DNA from: a virus
Lineage: Duplodnaviria > Caudoviricetes
Length of the DNA: 42,059 nt
Direction: 5' to 3' (one strand)
Virus record (IMG/VR): IMGVR_UViG_3300030376_000797
Location: 1 to 42,059 of that record
The notes beneath the pieces were generated by a model. It did not search any database, had not been told where the DNA came from, and was given only the letters and a program-made list of their open reading frames with translations. The position numbers and the translations under genes were made by a program. Shown here piece by piece: positions 8,772 through 18,343 of the stretch (positions are counted from its first letter, which is position 1; every line of letters begins with the position of its first letter).

Positions 8772-9827
8772 ATGTCATTTACAAGTAAAGTACAAAATTA
8801 TACAAACAGCACATCTTCAGAAAATATATTAGATGCGTTAAATAGAGCTGTTAATTATACAGTATCTATTATAGCTCAAGCAAATCCGGGATTATTACCT
8901 GCTTTTTCTAATGTAAGTATTATTACTAATGATAGTACTGATGATGGTTTTGATTATTATTCAGGTTTAAAAGCAATACATTTATTAAAAGTTGAAAGAG
9001 CAGATGGCGAAGAGACTTATAGACAATGTCAGCCAGTTCCAGACTCACAGGCAAGAGATGCTTTTAATACAAATAGCATTTATTATGCATTGCCTGACAA
9101 TCCTGTTTATTGGATAAGCGATGAAAATAGTTTATTTATAGCACCGTTAGCTATTAAACAAGCCAAAAAAGGTTTTAAAATAACAACGGTCCCTGATTTT
9201 AGCGGAAGAACTATTAATGATGCACAAGAAACAATTACTCAGTTTCCAATAAACTTTAATGAATTAGTTATACTTCATTCAGCAGAATTAATATTAGTAG
9301 AAAGACTTGGAGATTTTAGAGCAAAGTTACCAACAGATTTAGATGCAGATACTACTTTGTTTGACCAAATAGCAGATGTGTCTGCTAGTATTAGTTATAC
9401 TTTTCCATCTGCTGATTTTCAAGATGCAATAGATAAATCTAAAAATTTAATAAGTGGAACTACTATGGGTGGAGATACTGAGCCAGAAAGTGCACAGTAT
9501 TGGTTAGCTGATGAAGATGAAGATATGACAGCCTCTACACTTCAAGTTGCTTCTCAAGAATTACAAAGAGCCAATTCTATTTTAGGAGAGTTTAACGCAG
9601 AACTAGGTGCTCAATCTGCTCAAAAGCAACAAGTCTTGGCTGAGTTCCAAGCTAATCTCCAAAAGAAAATGGGATTATATGATAAAATTATTCAAAAAAT
9701 TACAGTAGATTATCAATGGACACAGGGTCAATTACAACTTATTAGTGCAAAAAAACAAGAGTTTATACAAGTTAACATTGGAAGTGCTGGTATAAAAGAC
9801 GACCCTAAGGAAACTAAAGCTATATGA
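8772..9827 (+). CDS. Head-tail adaptor-like protein with long helical extension
   Basis: First gene after the capsid gene. FPINFNELVILHSA resembles the adaptor C-terminal motif; Q-rich coiled-coil tail. Confidence 0.5.
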   Translation: MSFTSKVQNYTNSTSSENILDALNRAVNYTVSIIAQANPGLLPAFSNVSIITNDSTDDGFDYYSGLKAIHLLKVERADGEETYRQCQPVPDSQARDAFNTNSIYYALPDNPVYWISDENSLFIAPLAIKQAKKGFKITTVPDFSGRTINDAQETITQFPINFNELVILHSAELILVERLGDFRAKLPTDLDADTTLFDQIADVSASISYTFPSADFQDAIDKSKNLISGTTMGGDTEPESAQYWLADEDEDMTASTLQVASQELQRANSILGEFNAELGAQSAQKQQVLAEFQANLQKKMGLYDKIIQKITVDYQWTQGQLQLISAKKQEFIQVNIGSAGIKDDPKETKAI

Positions 9828-10087
9828 AGTTAAAAGAAATGATAGAAAGAGTCCAACAACATCATCCAAGTATGGGGCAAGTTGAAATAATAAGATATTT
9901 AAATGATGCCGCTAATGATATGGGTTTCAGAACAGAGATTATAGAGTCTATGGATACATTTAGCACAGAAGAAGGTAAAAGAGTATATCCACTTAAAAAG
10001 CATATTATTAAAATAAAAGGTGTTGATTACGATAATAAGACTATTAAAAAATTAATAGGTAAGCCTGTTGAGAGGGACCTTACATAA
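9824..10087 (+). CDS. Adaptor/tail tubular protein, N-terminal-half-like
   Basis: MKLKEMIERV...EIIRYLNDA...EGKRVYPL resembles the N-terminus of podovirus adaptor/ring proteins. Confidence 0.5.
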   Translation: MKLKEMIERVQQHHPSMGQVEIIRYLNDAANDMGFRTEIIESMDTFSTEEGKRVYPLKKHIIKIKGVDYDNKTIKKLIGKPVERDLT

Positions 10088-10578
10088 TGGAAAGACAAAA
10101 TTTAAATATTAGTCAATACTTATGGTGGACAGAAAGAGACTCCGTATTAATAGCTTATTATGATTCAAGTACGGGGAAGTTTAATTCTCCAACTGAAGTT
10201 AAACAAATTAATTTACTATATATACAAAGACCTGATAAATTTTTAGTACCCGGTGAATCTCCAGAAAGAGATGGATTTACAACAGCAAATACAAGTGCAA
10301 CTACAGGAGCTTATTTAGGAACAGAATTAGCTGGTACTGATACAACTCCAACTATGCAAGAATCTCAATACTTAGACCAAGAGTCTGAAATACCAGAGCA
10401 ATTTCACGAATCCTTGGTAAATCGTGTAATAGCAAATGGCTATGAAAGAAAGGTTGAGACTTTAGCACTTTCAAATCACTATATGACTAAATATGAAGTC
10501 GGAATTAAGAAAGCTAAAGCTTATGCTTTTAGAGGAAGAGATGGTTCTAGGCAAACAATACAACCAATGGATTTTTAA
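10087..10578 (+). CDS. Adaptor/tail tubular protein, C-terminal-half-like
   Basis: LYIQRP...SEIPEQFHESLV resembles the C-terminal motifs of adaptor/ring proteins. TAATG coupling to the upstream gene. Confidence 0.5.
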   Translation: MERQNLNISQYLWWTERDSVLIAYYDSSTGKFNSPTEVKQINLLYIQRPDKFLVPGESPERDGFTTANTSATTGAYLGTELAGTDTTPTMQESQYLDQESEIPEQFHESLVNRVIANGYERKVETLALSNHYMTKYEVGIKKAKAYAFRGRDGSRQTIQPMDF

Positions 10579-10791
10579 ATGAGTGTTAAATTTAATGATT
10601 TAAATATAGCGTTTGATACTATAGCATTTTCTTTTAGTAATATCCTACTTGGTCTATTTGTAAAAGGTACTCCTACAGTTAGAGTTATAAAAGCAAGTCC
10701 TACTATATCTACAAGAGTTGCTAAACCAACTCCACCAGTTTTTAATAGAGTTACAGAGGCAACACCACCAGTTTACACGAGGGTAATATAA
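10579..10791 (+). CDS. Hypothetical protein (virion module)
   Basis: Tightly packed between neighbouring genes; short repeated motif PTVRV/PTISTRV/PPVFNRV/PPVYTRV. Confidence 0.6.
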   Translation: MSVKFNDLNIAFDTIAFSFSNILLGLFVKGTPTVRVIKASPTISTRVAKPTPPVFNRVTEATPPVYTRVI

Positions 10792-11132
10792 TGGCAGGAA
10801 GTTTATCAAGTCCTAATTTAGTAAAAGATGTATATACTAAGTTAGTATGGTACAATACATCAGATGGAAAGTTTTATAGAGATAATGGTTCTACTGATGT
10901 AGAAGTATTACCTGACTTAATATCTGGAAATATTTTAAAACATCAAACAAGTAGTTCTGTATCGTCAGGAGACTTGTTTCAAATCTTAAATAACAGCACA
11001 CAAGTGTTTTCTGTAGACTATCAGGGAGCAGTGCATTTGAAACCAAGAACATCGGCACCAGCAGACAACTCCGAAGGAACTATCTACTATGACAGTTCTC
11101 AAGGGTCCTTATTGGTATCAGTCGAAGTATAG
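10791..11132 (+). CDS. Small tail/fibre-associated protein
   Basis: APADNSEGTIYYDSSQG resembles the P....G.iyyd motif common in phage fibre proteins. Confidence 0.5.
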   Translation: MAGSLSSPNLVKDVYTKLVWYNTSDGKFYRDNGSTDVEVLPDLISGNILKHQTSSSVSSGDLFQILNNSTQVFSVDYQGAVHLKPRTSAPADNSEGTIYYDSSQGSLLVSVEV

Positions 11133-11144
11133 GAGAAACACACT

Positions 11145-12560
11145 ATGGCTAAAGCGTGGAAAAAAATCCAGCGGTCTGATGAGGACTTTACTGGTAAAGT
11201 TACAGGTACAATAGATGGCACATCTGTAGCGGATATTAAATCAGGAGCGTCAGCAGGAACTGCATCGAAAGTAGTAACAGATGCGGCGTTCGATGGAAGT
11301 AACATTTTAAAGGTAGCTAATGCCGCCGCTGGGTTAAAAAACTCAGGGGTTAGTATTAATGCAGATGGTACATTAAGTGGAGCTGGTTCCGGTCAGGTTA
11401 CACCAGCAGGAGTTGGAGCAGTAGATACTGATTTAAGTAACGCTCCAGACGCTATTAAAAATAGTGAGACTACTAAAAGTGATGTAGGTCTTGCAAATGT
11501 AGTAAACGAAAGTCCATCTACATTAAAGACTACTATGTCTCTTAATAATGTAGAAAACAAAAGTCAAGCAACAATACTAAGTGGAAACTTAACAGGTACT
11601 ATTGGCGGAACAGCTAATGCTACTGTTGTAAGTGGTGCCGCAGATGGTGCAACGGTAAAACCAGCTTTTGACACAAGTGGTTCAGACCCGATAATTAAAG
11701 TAGCTAACGCTCCAGCAACCTTAAAGAACGCCTCTATTAGCATAAGCTCTTCTGGTGCATTAAGTGGTGCTGGTGGAGGTACAGTAAGTGCTTCAGGTTT
11801 AGGAGCAGTTAAAACTGACCTAACAAACGCTCCAGATGCTATTAAGAATAGTGAAACAACAGCTAATGATGTTGGACTAGGAAATGTACCTAATAAAACT
11901 GAAGCTCAGTTATTAGCAGGTAATATAACAGGTACCATTGGTGGTACTGCTGTGGCAACAATTAAAACTGGAGCCGCCGCAGGTGCAACTGCTAACCAAG
12001 ACTCTACAAGCACAATTTTAGGTGGAACTTTAACAGGTAATGTTTCAGGAACAGTAGGTGGAACTGCCGTAGCTACTATTAAAAGTGGAGCGGCATTAGG
12101 AGCATCTTCAAATCAGGATTCTACCTCGGCTATTAGGGCTGGTACAACAGCGGCTAACGTAGGGTTAGGAGCTGTAGTTAACCAAGCAATAACAGTAGCA
12201 TCTGGTAAAATTAAATTTGATGGAACTGCTCAAACACTAGATGCTGATAAAGTTGGTGGTAAAACAGTGGCAGAAGCTGAAGCCGCCGCCGCATCTACAG
12301 CAGAAAGCAATATTCTTGATGGTGCACCAGCAGGGTTACAAACATTAAATGACTTAGCCGCCGCTTTAGGTGATGATGCAAGTTTTGCTACAACTACTAC
12401 TAATGCAATAGCAACTAAAGGTCCAGCACCTCTTACGCTAACAGCAGAAGATGTAGACGGAGACTCAACCTTTTCGAGTTCGGCAAATAATCCATCAAAC
12501 CTAGTAGTAGGTCAAGTAGGAATATTTGGCGGTAATCAATATGTAATTGTAGACATTTAG
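11145..12560 (+). CDS. Tail fibre protein 1 with internal repeats
   Basis: A/G/T/S-rich, with DVGLxNV repeats and the classic fibre motif GAPAGLQTLNDLAAALGDDASFATT. Confidence 0.8.
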   Translation: MAKAWKKIQRSDEDFTGKVTGTIDGTSVADIKSGASAGTASKVVTDAAFDGSNILKVANAAAGLKNSGVSINADGTLSGAGSGQVTPAGVGAVDTDLSNAPDAIKNSETTKSDVGLANVVNESPSTLKTTMSLNNVENKSQATILSGNLTGTIGGTANATVVSGAADGATVKPAFDTSGSDPIIKVANAPATLKNASISISSSGALSGAGGGTVSASGLGAVKTDLTNAPDAIKNSETTANDVGLGNVPNKTEAQLLAGNITGTIGGTAVATIKTGAAAGATANQDSTSTILGGTLTGNVSGTVGGTAVATIKSGAALGASSNQDSTSAIRAGTTAANVGLGAVVNQAITVASGKIKFDGTAQTLDADKVGGKTVAEAEAAAASTAESNILDGAPAGLQTLNDLAAALGDDASFATTTTNAIATKGPAPLTLTAEDVDGDSTFSSSANNPSNLVVGQVGIFGGNQYVIVDI

Positions 12561-12569
12561 GAGTAAAAA

Positions 12570-13118
12570 ATGGCAAAGAAAGCGATAAAAGCTTTTGCAT
12601 TAAAAGACCTAAAATGTTCTTTACCCGACAGTGGTCAGTTTCCTGAAAAGGAGACTGGCACTTCAGGTAAGGAGTATATAGGCTTACCACTTTATGAATA
12701 CGAACCCCTAAAAAAATCTTTACAAGATAAAGGTTATAAACCTGAAGAATATGATTATATTGTAGCCACATCAGATGGTAAAGTTTTATGGGGTGGTAGA
12801 AGAGTATGGTTAATGCAAAAAGATATGGGACTAGACCAAGACCAAATGATTGATTGTGAGATATGGGAAAAACAAGAATGGTTAGATGAATTAAAAAAAT
12901 CAATGTTAGCTAATGTTAACCCTAGTCTATTTGTAACAAAAGATAAAGATGGTAAGAAAGTTATGCCAACTGCTAAATTAACTATGGGACCAGACCATAA
13001 AGGATATCAAAACTTAAGAAAACTTCATAAGAATATGAAGATGCCTTATAACCTTGATAATTTCGTATTGTCAAATGGTTTAACATTAAAAAAACAAAGA
13101 GAGTTAAACGATAAATGA
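12570..13118 (+). CDS. ParB/Srx-like domain protein
   Basis: LKKSLQDKGY...IVATSDGKVLWGGRRVWLM matches the ParB-N pattern S...G....I.V......GxxR. Confidence 0.5.
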   Translation: MAKKAIKAFALKDLKCSLPDSGQFPEKETGTSGKEYIGLPLYEYEPLKKSLQDKGYKPEEYDYIVATSDGKVLWGGRRVWLMQKDMGLDQDQMIDCEIWEKQEWLDELKKSMLANVNPSLFVTKDKDGKKVMPTAKLTMGPDHKGYQNLRKLHKNMKMPYNLDNFVLSNGLTLKKQRELNDK

Positions 13119-13366
13119 GTTTCTGGGATGATGCAAAATCAAAATTAAAACCGGCGAAAGCCAACGAAGAAGTAGTAGACTTACAACAAAAACTATCAAA
13201 GTTAGAACTTTCTGACATAGGTTATATTTATGATATGATGTTGAATGGAAACTATAGGGGTAGAGAAATAGAACAAGCAACAACAACTTTTCTAAAAGTT
13301 AAGTTTATTAAAGCTATGCTAGAACAAGGAGATAGTAATGGACAAGAAGAAGTTAAAAATAGTTAA
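13115..13366 (+). CDS. Hypothetical protein (possible fibre chaperone)
   Basis: Helical 83-aa ORF coupled to its neighbours between fibre genes. Confidence 0.55.
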   Translation: MSFWDDAKSKLKPAKANEEVVDLQQKLSKLELSDIGYIYDMMLNGNYRGREIEQATTTFLKVKFIKAMLEQGDSNGQEEVKNS

Positions 13367-13535
13367 ATGCACCACGCAAGAACTTGAAGGTATCTGCACA
13401 TTAATATCAGGTATTGAAGTTAAAGTAGGCGAAGGAGCTTGGGTGTATGAGATGCACAAAAAATTTATGAAAGCATTTGAAGAGGCGGCTATAGCTGACC
13501 CTGATTATGAATTACAAGAAGTAGACAATGGCTAA
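13338..13535 (+). CDS. Hypothetical protein (possible fibre chaperone)
   Basis: AAGGAG SD; 65 aa; overlaps the start of fibre 2. Confidence 0.55.
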   Translation: MDKKKLKIVKCTTQELEGICTLISGIEVKVGEGAWVYEMHKKFMKAFEEAAIADPDYELQEVDNG

Positions 13536-15306
13536 ACAATGGAAACAAGTACAAAGAGCTGACTCTGATTTTTCTGGTAATGTAACCGGAACCTTTGGTA
13601 GTAAAGGATTATCTGATTTCTACAGAACAGATAATAAACCCACTAAGTCAGATGTTGGTCTTGGTAATTTAGACAATACTAAGTTTTCTGCTGGTAAATT
13701 TATTGGCGTAATAGCTAAATCAGACGGAACATCGGTATTCGACCCTAGCACAGGAGACTTTACTGGTAAGATAGATGGGGAAACTGCCGCTAATATTAAG
13801 ACTAAAGCTACAGCAGGTAACGAAGCTAAAGACGCTGTAGACGGAAATAAAACTATTACAATGGTAGGTGGCTCACTAAGCATTGGTACTCAATCAGGTG
13901 GTGTATATCCTTTTAGTGTAGATACTTCTGGTAATTTAAAAATTAAGGATGATGAGTTTCAAGCATTAGCAGATGGTACTGTTAACTGTAAGGGTAACTT
14001 TACTATTAATCAAGATACTAATGGTGATTCTAAAATTGTATTAGCAGGTGATACTAGTGGTACTGCTGAAGTAGAAGTAAATGGTGCTAATCCTACATTC
14101 GACCTTGGTGGAGCTAGTCCACTTGGTACTTCTACTTTGTTCTTAAAAAGAAAATTAACAAGTAATCAAGCTAGGATACAATTTCAAACAGGAACTGGTC
14201 CCGGTGCTATGACTAACCAATTAAACATTGGAGTGTCTAACAATACAATAAATGGTAGAAAAGACCAGTTTGCAATAAACTATGGACCTATATGGAGTAG
14301 TGGAACTGCACCTGAAAGAGGTTTGACATTTGACTATGATGGCAAAATGGGTGTGTATGCTAATACTAAAACAGTTAGTGGTTTTACTTTTGGTAGCGAT
14401 GGTACTAATAAGCACGTATACATTAAAGACGGAAGCTTAGGTATAAACACTGCACCTAGTGATAGTTATAAATTAGATGTAGACAATGGTGTTACAAGAC
14501 TTAATCGTGGTAACTCATCTGGCAATATTGCTGAATTTAGGGGTCAAAACGCCCCTAAAATGACAGTTAAAACTACAGGTGTAGATATTGTTGGAGCTGT
14601 TGACGTTGTTGGCGGACTAGAAACATCTGGTAATGTATTTGTTGGTAACCATCTTACGATAGACGGTGGTGATTTAAGTTGTTATAATGATGCAACTGTA
14701 GCAGGTTCTTTAGATGCCGCATCGTTTAGTGGTAATGGTGCTGGATTAACTAATGTTGTGCCAAAGGCAAGTTCTATTAATAGTACTCACCTTACTACAT
14801 ATGCAATAAATTCTTCTGCTTTCTTAGGTTCAAATGTAGTAACCAACAGTAAACTTGCAGATAATTCAGTAACAAAACATAAAGCACACCTTGGTTGGCA
14901 TACACAAACAAAAATATTTATACCACCAAGTGAATTTGTAGTTAATGACGATAATGCTTATGGTAACCTAGCCCTTATTGATAACGGTGGACAAGCTAGG
15001 GTAATGTATTCAGCTCACGAAGCTTATGCAAATGTTCCAATACCTGCTGGGTATAAAGTAACTCATTGGAGAGTAAACGGAACTGCTAGTGTTACAGTAT
15101 CTCTATCATATTCTACAATAGCGACTAGTACAACTACAAGCTGTCAAGCCCCAGCACAACAATTTACAAACAATACGAATGTTTCTAATCCATCTTCAGG
15201 TGTTACCGCAGATGAAACAAATGGTAGATATTTAGTTATAGGATGGTTTCCTGCTGATACAGCAAAATATCTTTATGGAGCAGTATTAACAATAGCGAAA
15301 ATATAA
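13528..15306 (+). CDS. Tail fibre protein 2 / receptor-binding protein
   Basis: N-terminus paralogous to fibre 1, [12 protein letters not shown] repeat, [10 protein letters not shown] fibre motif, [12 protein letters not shown] repeat and a globular C-terminus. Confidence 0.8.
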   Translation: MAKQWKQVQRADSDFSGNVTGTFGSKGLSDFYRTDNKPTKSDVGLGNLDNTKFSAGKFIGVIAKSDGTSVFDPSTGDFTGKIDGETAANIKTKATAGNEAKDAVDGNKTITMVGGSLSIGTQSGGVYPFSVDTSGNLKIKDDEFQALADGTVNCKGNFTINQDTNGDSKIVLAGDTSGTAEVEVNGANPTFDLGGASPLGTSTLFLKRKLTSNQARIQFQTGTGPGAMTNQLNIGVSNNTINGRKDQFAINYGPIWSSGTAPERGLTFDYDGKMGVYANTKTVSGFTFGSDGTNKHVYIKDGSLGINTAPSDSYKLDVDNGVTRLNRGNSSGNIAEFRGQNAPKMTVKTTGVDIVGAVDVVGGLETSGNVFVGNHLTIDGGDLSCYNDATVAGSLDAASFSGNGAGLTNVVPKASSINSTHLTTYAINSSAFLGSNVVTNSKLADNSVTKHKAHLGWHTQTKIFIPPSEFVVNDDNAYGNLALIDNGGQARVMYSAHEAYANVPIPAGYKVTHWRVNGTASVTVSLSYSTIATSTTTSCQAPAQQFTNNTNVSNPSSGVTADETNGRYLVIGWFPADTAKYLYGAVLTIAKI

Positions 15307-16775
15307 TGGCAAAAGAAAGATTAACAAACGCAAACTTAATTAATTTAACAACAAAGCCTACTACTTATAAAACTAAGACTAAGATGGCTCATATGTATAA
15401 GGCAGACGATAGTCAACTGTCTGCTGATGAAGACCCTATTTCAAATAACATAATTGATGTTATAGAAGAATTAAGAGGGGACTTAAACAAGCTACACGAT
15501 GATGTACATCATATGTATAAAATGATATTTAATGCTTTTGGTTCAGAAGAATCAGAAAAGTGGGCGGCTCAAGGAGCTACAGGAGCAACAGGGGCTCAAG
15601 GACCAAAGGGAAGTACAGGTTCTCAAGGTCCAGCAGGACCAGCAGGAGCCGCTGGAGCTAAAGGTGCAACTGGGAGTCAAGGTGTTGCTGGTCCCACAGG
15701 TCCTACCGGAGCTACAGGTTCTACAGGTCCTACGGGTCCAACTGGAAGTACAGGTCCTGAAGGATTAGTCTGGAAAGGGCAATGGTCTAGTAGTACTAGT
15801 TATAAAATTGACGATGCTGTATATAACAAAGGTAATTCTTGGATAGCAGTATCTAATAGTAGTAATTCACAACCAACTGACAGTAATAGTAAGTGGGCAG
15901 TATTAAGTGCTAAAGGTGATACTGGCGATACAGGAGCGACTGGCTCTACTGGGGCAACAGGTCCCCAAGGCGTTGCTGGACCAACTGGTCCACAAGGAGT
16001 TAAGGGCGATACTGGTTCTGCCGGTGCTAAAGGTGACCCGGGAACTGATGGTTCTAATGGAGCAAAGGGTGATACTGGTGCTAAGGGTAATCCCGGTACA
16101 AATGGTAGCGATGGAGCTACCGGTGCTCAGGGACCAGCAGGTCCTAAAGGAGATAAGGGTACAACTGGTAGTGCTGGTGCTAACGGAGTAAAAGGAGATA
16201 AGGGCGATACAGGCGATACTGGACCTCAAGGTCCGGCTGGTAGTACAGGTGCTAAAGGTAATGCTGGAACAAATGGAACAGATGGTGCTAAAGGAGATAC
16301 CGGCTCTACAGGTCCACAAGGACCGAAAGGTGACACAGGTGATACTGGTCCCGCTGGAAGTAATGGAACTAATGGTTCAGCAGGTGCTAAAGGCGACAAA
16401 GGTGATACTGGAAGTACTGGTCCTCAAGGAGCAACAGGTCCGCAGGGTCCAAAAGGAGATACAGGAAATACAGGACCGGCTGGAAGCAACGGAACTAACG
16501 GAACGAACGGAAGTGACGGTGCTAAGGGAGATAAAGGTGACCAAGGATTTCAAGGAGCTTTAGGACCTAAAGGCGATAAAGGTGACACGGGTAGTGCAGG
16601 AGCAACTGGTGCTACTGGACCACAAGGAGCTACAGGGGCTACAGGAGCCGCAGGTGCGAATGGTTCAGATGCTAGTGTTTCAGGATATGACGGAACAGTA
16701 ACTGTTGTTGTAAATAGTAAAGGTCAAACACGAAACTTAACATTTAAAGCTGGTTTATTAAAACAAGTCAAATAG
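15306..16775 (+). CDS. Collagen-like fibre protein with embedded carbohydrate-binding-like module
   Basis: Two long Gly-X-Y runs separated by [26 protein letters not shown]...PTDSNSKW. Confidence 0.88.
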   Translation: MAKERLTNANLINLTTKPTTYKTKTKMAHMYKADDSQLSADEDPISNNIIDVIEELRGDLNKLHDDVHHMYKMIFNAFGSEESEKWAAQGATGATGAQGPKGSTGSQGPAGPAGAAGAKGATGSQGVAGPTGPTGATGSTGPTGPTGSTGPEGLVWKGQWSSSTSYKIDDAVYNKGNSWIAVSNSSNSQPTDSNSKWAVLSAKGDTGDTGATGSTGATGPQGVAGPTGPQGVKGDTGSAGAKGDPGTDGSNGAKGDTGAKGNPGTNGSDGATGAQGPAGPKGDKGTTGSAGANGVKGDKGDTGDTGPQGPAGSTGAKGNAGTNGTDGAKGDTGSTGPQGPKGDTGDTGPAGSNGTNGSAGAKGDKGDTGSTGPQGATGPQGPKGDTGNTGPAGSNGTNGTNGSDGAKGDKGDQGFQGALGPKGDKGDTGSAGATGATGPQGATGATGAAGANGSDASVSGYDGTVTVVVNSKGQTRNLTFKAGLLKQVK

Positions 16776-16784
16776 GGGTTAGTT

Positions 16785-16961
16785 ATGTTAAAAACAGAAT
16801 TAGAAAAGTACAAAGAAGATACAGATAAGGCTTGTCAATTAGTAATAGACTTGTTATATCCGGGTAAAAGTTTTGGAGATATACGAGTAGAAGATTATAA
16901 TAAAATAATAACTCTAATGAGAGGAGTATTAGGTATACCCGAACCAAAGGAAGATGAGTAA
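16785..16961 (+). CDS. Hypothetical protein (58 aa, not in ORF track)
   Basis: Sequence MLKTELEKYKEDTDKACQLVIDLLYPGKSFG...EPKEDE. AGGGG SD; fills the gap and overlaps the next start. Confidence 0.65.
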   Translation: MLKTELEKYKEDTDKACQLVIDLLYPGKSFGDIRVEDYNKIITLMRGVLGIPEPKEDE

Positions 16962-17247
16962 AGATAACCTTGCGAGGTCGTACAAAGTTAACAAGATTGA
17001 TGATAACTTTAGCGTACATCTCAACATTAAGTGGCTCATTCAGTTGCTTATGCTTACAGGGACACTTGTTTATACGTACGTTAATATTACAACACAACTT
17101 GGAAATATTACAAGAGAGTTGGAGGAAGTTAATCTTAGAGTTAGTAAATTAGAAAGTAAACACGAAGCGGAAATGGATGAAATTCATAAGTGGTATAAAC
17201 AATCACTTGAGCTTAATCCACTTAAATGGGGTAAGAAGAGGAAATAA
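16954..17247 (+). CDS. Single-TM coiled-coil protein (lysis module)
   Basis: TM segment WLIQLLMLTGTLVYTYV followed by a heptad coiled coil. Confidence 0.6.
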   Translation: MSKDNLARSYKVNKIDDNFSVHLNIKWLIQLLMLTGTLVYTYVNITTQLGNITRELEEVNLRVSKLESKHEAEMDEIHKWYKQSLELNPLKWGKKRK

Positions 17248-17258
17248 AACAAACACTT

Positions 17259-17576
17259 ATGGACTTTTTAGCGGTATATTCAGAAGCAGGAATGATAGGC
17301 GTAGTCGGAGCTATGTTTGTTTATATGGTTTATAGTATGAACAGAAGAGCAACTGAACAAGCTGAAGCATTAGAAACTTTAAAGATAGAGAATAGAGGGC
17401 AAAGTGAAACTCTTGAGAATATGGAAGGTATGATTATTAAACTTATAGCTAGATGGAATAAATCTGACGATAAGCTTGATAGAAAATTTGATGCTATTAC
17501 AAAAGAGATAAACGATGCGGACAATCAATTATCAGAAATAAAGGGCTCTCTATCGAGAGTAAATGGACATAAATGA
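17259..17576 (+). CDS. Holin-like membrane protein (TM + coiled coil)
   Basis: N-terminal TM AGMIGVVGAMFVYMVY plus coiled coil; near the endolysin gene. Confidence 0.55.
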   Translation: MDFLAVYSEAGMIGVVGAMFVYMVYSMNRRATEQAEALETLKIENRGQSETLENMEGMIIKLIARWNKSDDKLDRKFDAITKEINDADNQLSEIKGSLSRVNGHK

Positions 17577-17725
17577 TGGACAGTTTAAGAGTAACGGGGA
17601 TAACAACAAGTATGGGATTTATATATTGGACAGATGTGTTATCAGGTATATTGATGTGCATTATGTTTGCAGTACAAATTTATTATTTATATTTAAAAAC
17701 AAAGAGAATAAAGGAGAGTAAGTAA
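17573..17725 (+). CDS. Small holin-like membrane protein (50 aa, not in ORF track)
   Basis: Sequence MMDSLRVTGITTSMGFIYWTDVLSGILMCIMFAVQIYYLYLKTKRIKESK. ATGA and TAATG overlaps at both ends; basic C-terminal tail. Confidence 0.65.
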   Translation: MMDSLRVTGITTSMGFIYWTDVLSGILMCIMFAVQIYYLYLKTKRIKESK

Positions 17726-17949
17726 TGGATATTAAAGGAATGATGTTAGAGTTAGCTGAGAAACAAGCTGATGCTATGAAAGATAAAATGATGGATGAAT
17801 TAGGAAGTGAAGATATGGCTTCTAAAATTGCAACTGCCATTAATAAGAAGATTGATATACCCTTTGTATCAGAAGACAAAGAGCAGATTTTTTTTGAAAA
17901 ATGTGTTGATGTAGTTACTGATATTATTGAGGGAATGTTTAAGAAGTAA
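17725..17949 (+). CDS. Hypothetical protein
   Basis: AAGGAG SD; 74 aa; INKKIDIPFVSEDKEQ motif. Confidence 0.7.
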   Translation: MDIKGMMLELAEKQADAMKDKMMDELGSEDMASKIATAINKKIDIPFVSEDKEQIFFEKCVDVVTDIIEGMFKK

Positions 17950-17951
17950 TA

Positions 17952-18083
17952 ATGGGTAGAAAGATTAGTTGGAAATGGGGAAATGATACTTACTCTGGTA
18001 CTGTTATTAGAGAAACAAAAAACTACATATACGCTAGAACCCATAATGGTAAAGTAAAAAGAATATCAAAGAAGAGGAAGTAA
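17952..18083 (+). CDS. Small basic beta-rich (SH3/Tudor-like) protein (43 aa, not in ORF track)
   Basis: Sequence MGRKISWKWGNDTYSGTVIRETKNYIYARTHNGKVKRISKKRK. TAATG coupling to the next gene. Confidence 0.6.
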   Translation: MGRKISWKWGNDTYSGTVIRETKNYIYARTHNGKVKRISKKRK

Positions 18084-18343
18084 TGTCAGAAGCGTGGACT
18101 AGAAAAGAAGGCAAATCAGAAAGTGGTGGTTTAAATGCTAAAGGTAGGGCAAGTTATAGTAAAGGTACACTAAAAGCACCTGTAACTAAAAAGAACCCTA
18201 AAGGAAAAGCTAAGGCAAGAAGAGCTAGTTTTTGTGCTAGGATGTGTGGTATGAAAAAAAGATTAACAAGTGCTAAAACAGCTAGAGACCCTAATTCTAG
18301 AATAAACAAAGCTTTGCGTAAGTGGAGATGTAAATGCAAATAA
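18083..18343 (+). CDS. Conserved basic phage protein (DUF6321-like, recalled from memory)
   Basis: Motifs AWTRKEGK..SGGLNAKGRASY, RRASFCARM and SRINKALRKWRC. Confidence 0.7.
   Translation: MSEAWTRKEGKSESGGLNAKGRASYSKGTLKAPVTKKNPKGKAKARRASFCARMCGMKKRLTSAKTARDPNSRINKALRKWRCKCK

Noticed and set aside
10040-10090. Programmed -1 frameshift joining the two adaptor halves at the A-run near 10046
   Set aside because: It is not a canonical slippery heptamer, and the shifted frame hits a TAA before reaching the second ORF.
15570-16680. Repetitive DNA as a possible CRISPR array or DGR repeat pair
   Set aside because: The periodicity is 9 nt, the repeats are degenerate at third positions and fully explained by Gly-X-Y coding. 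There are no spacers and no reverse transcriptase in the window.
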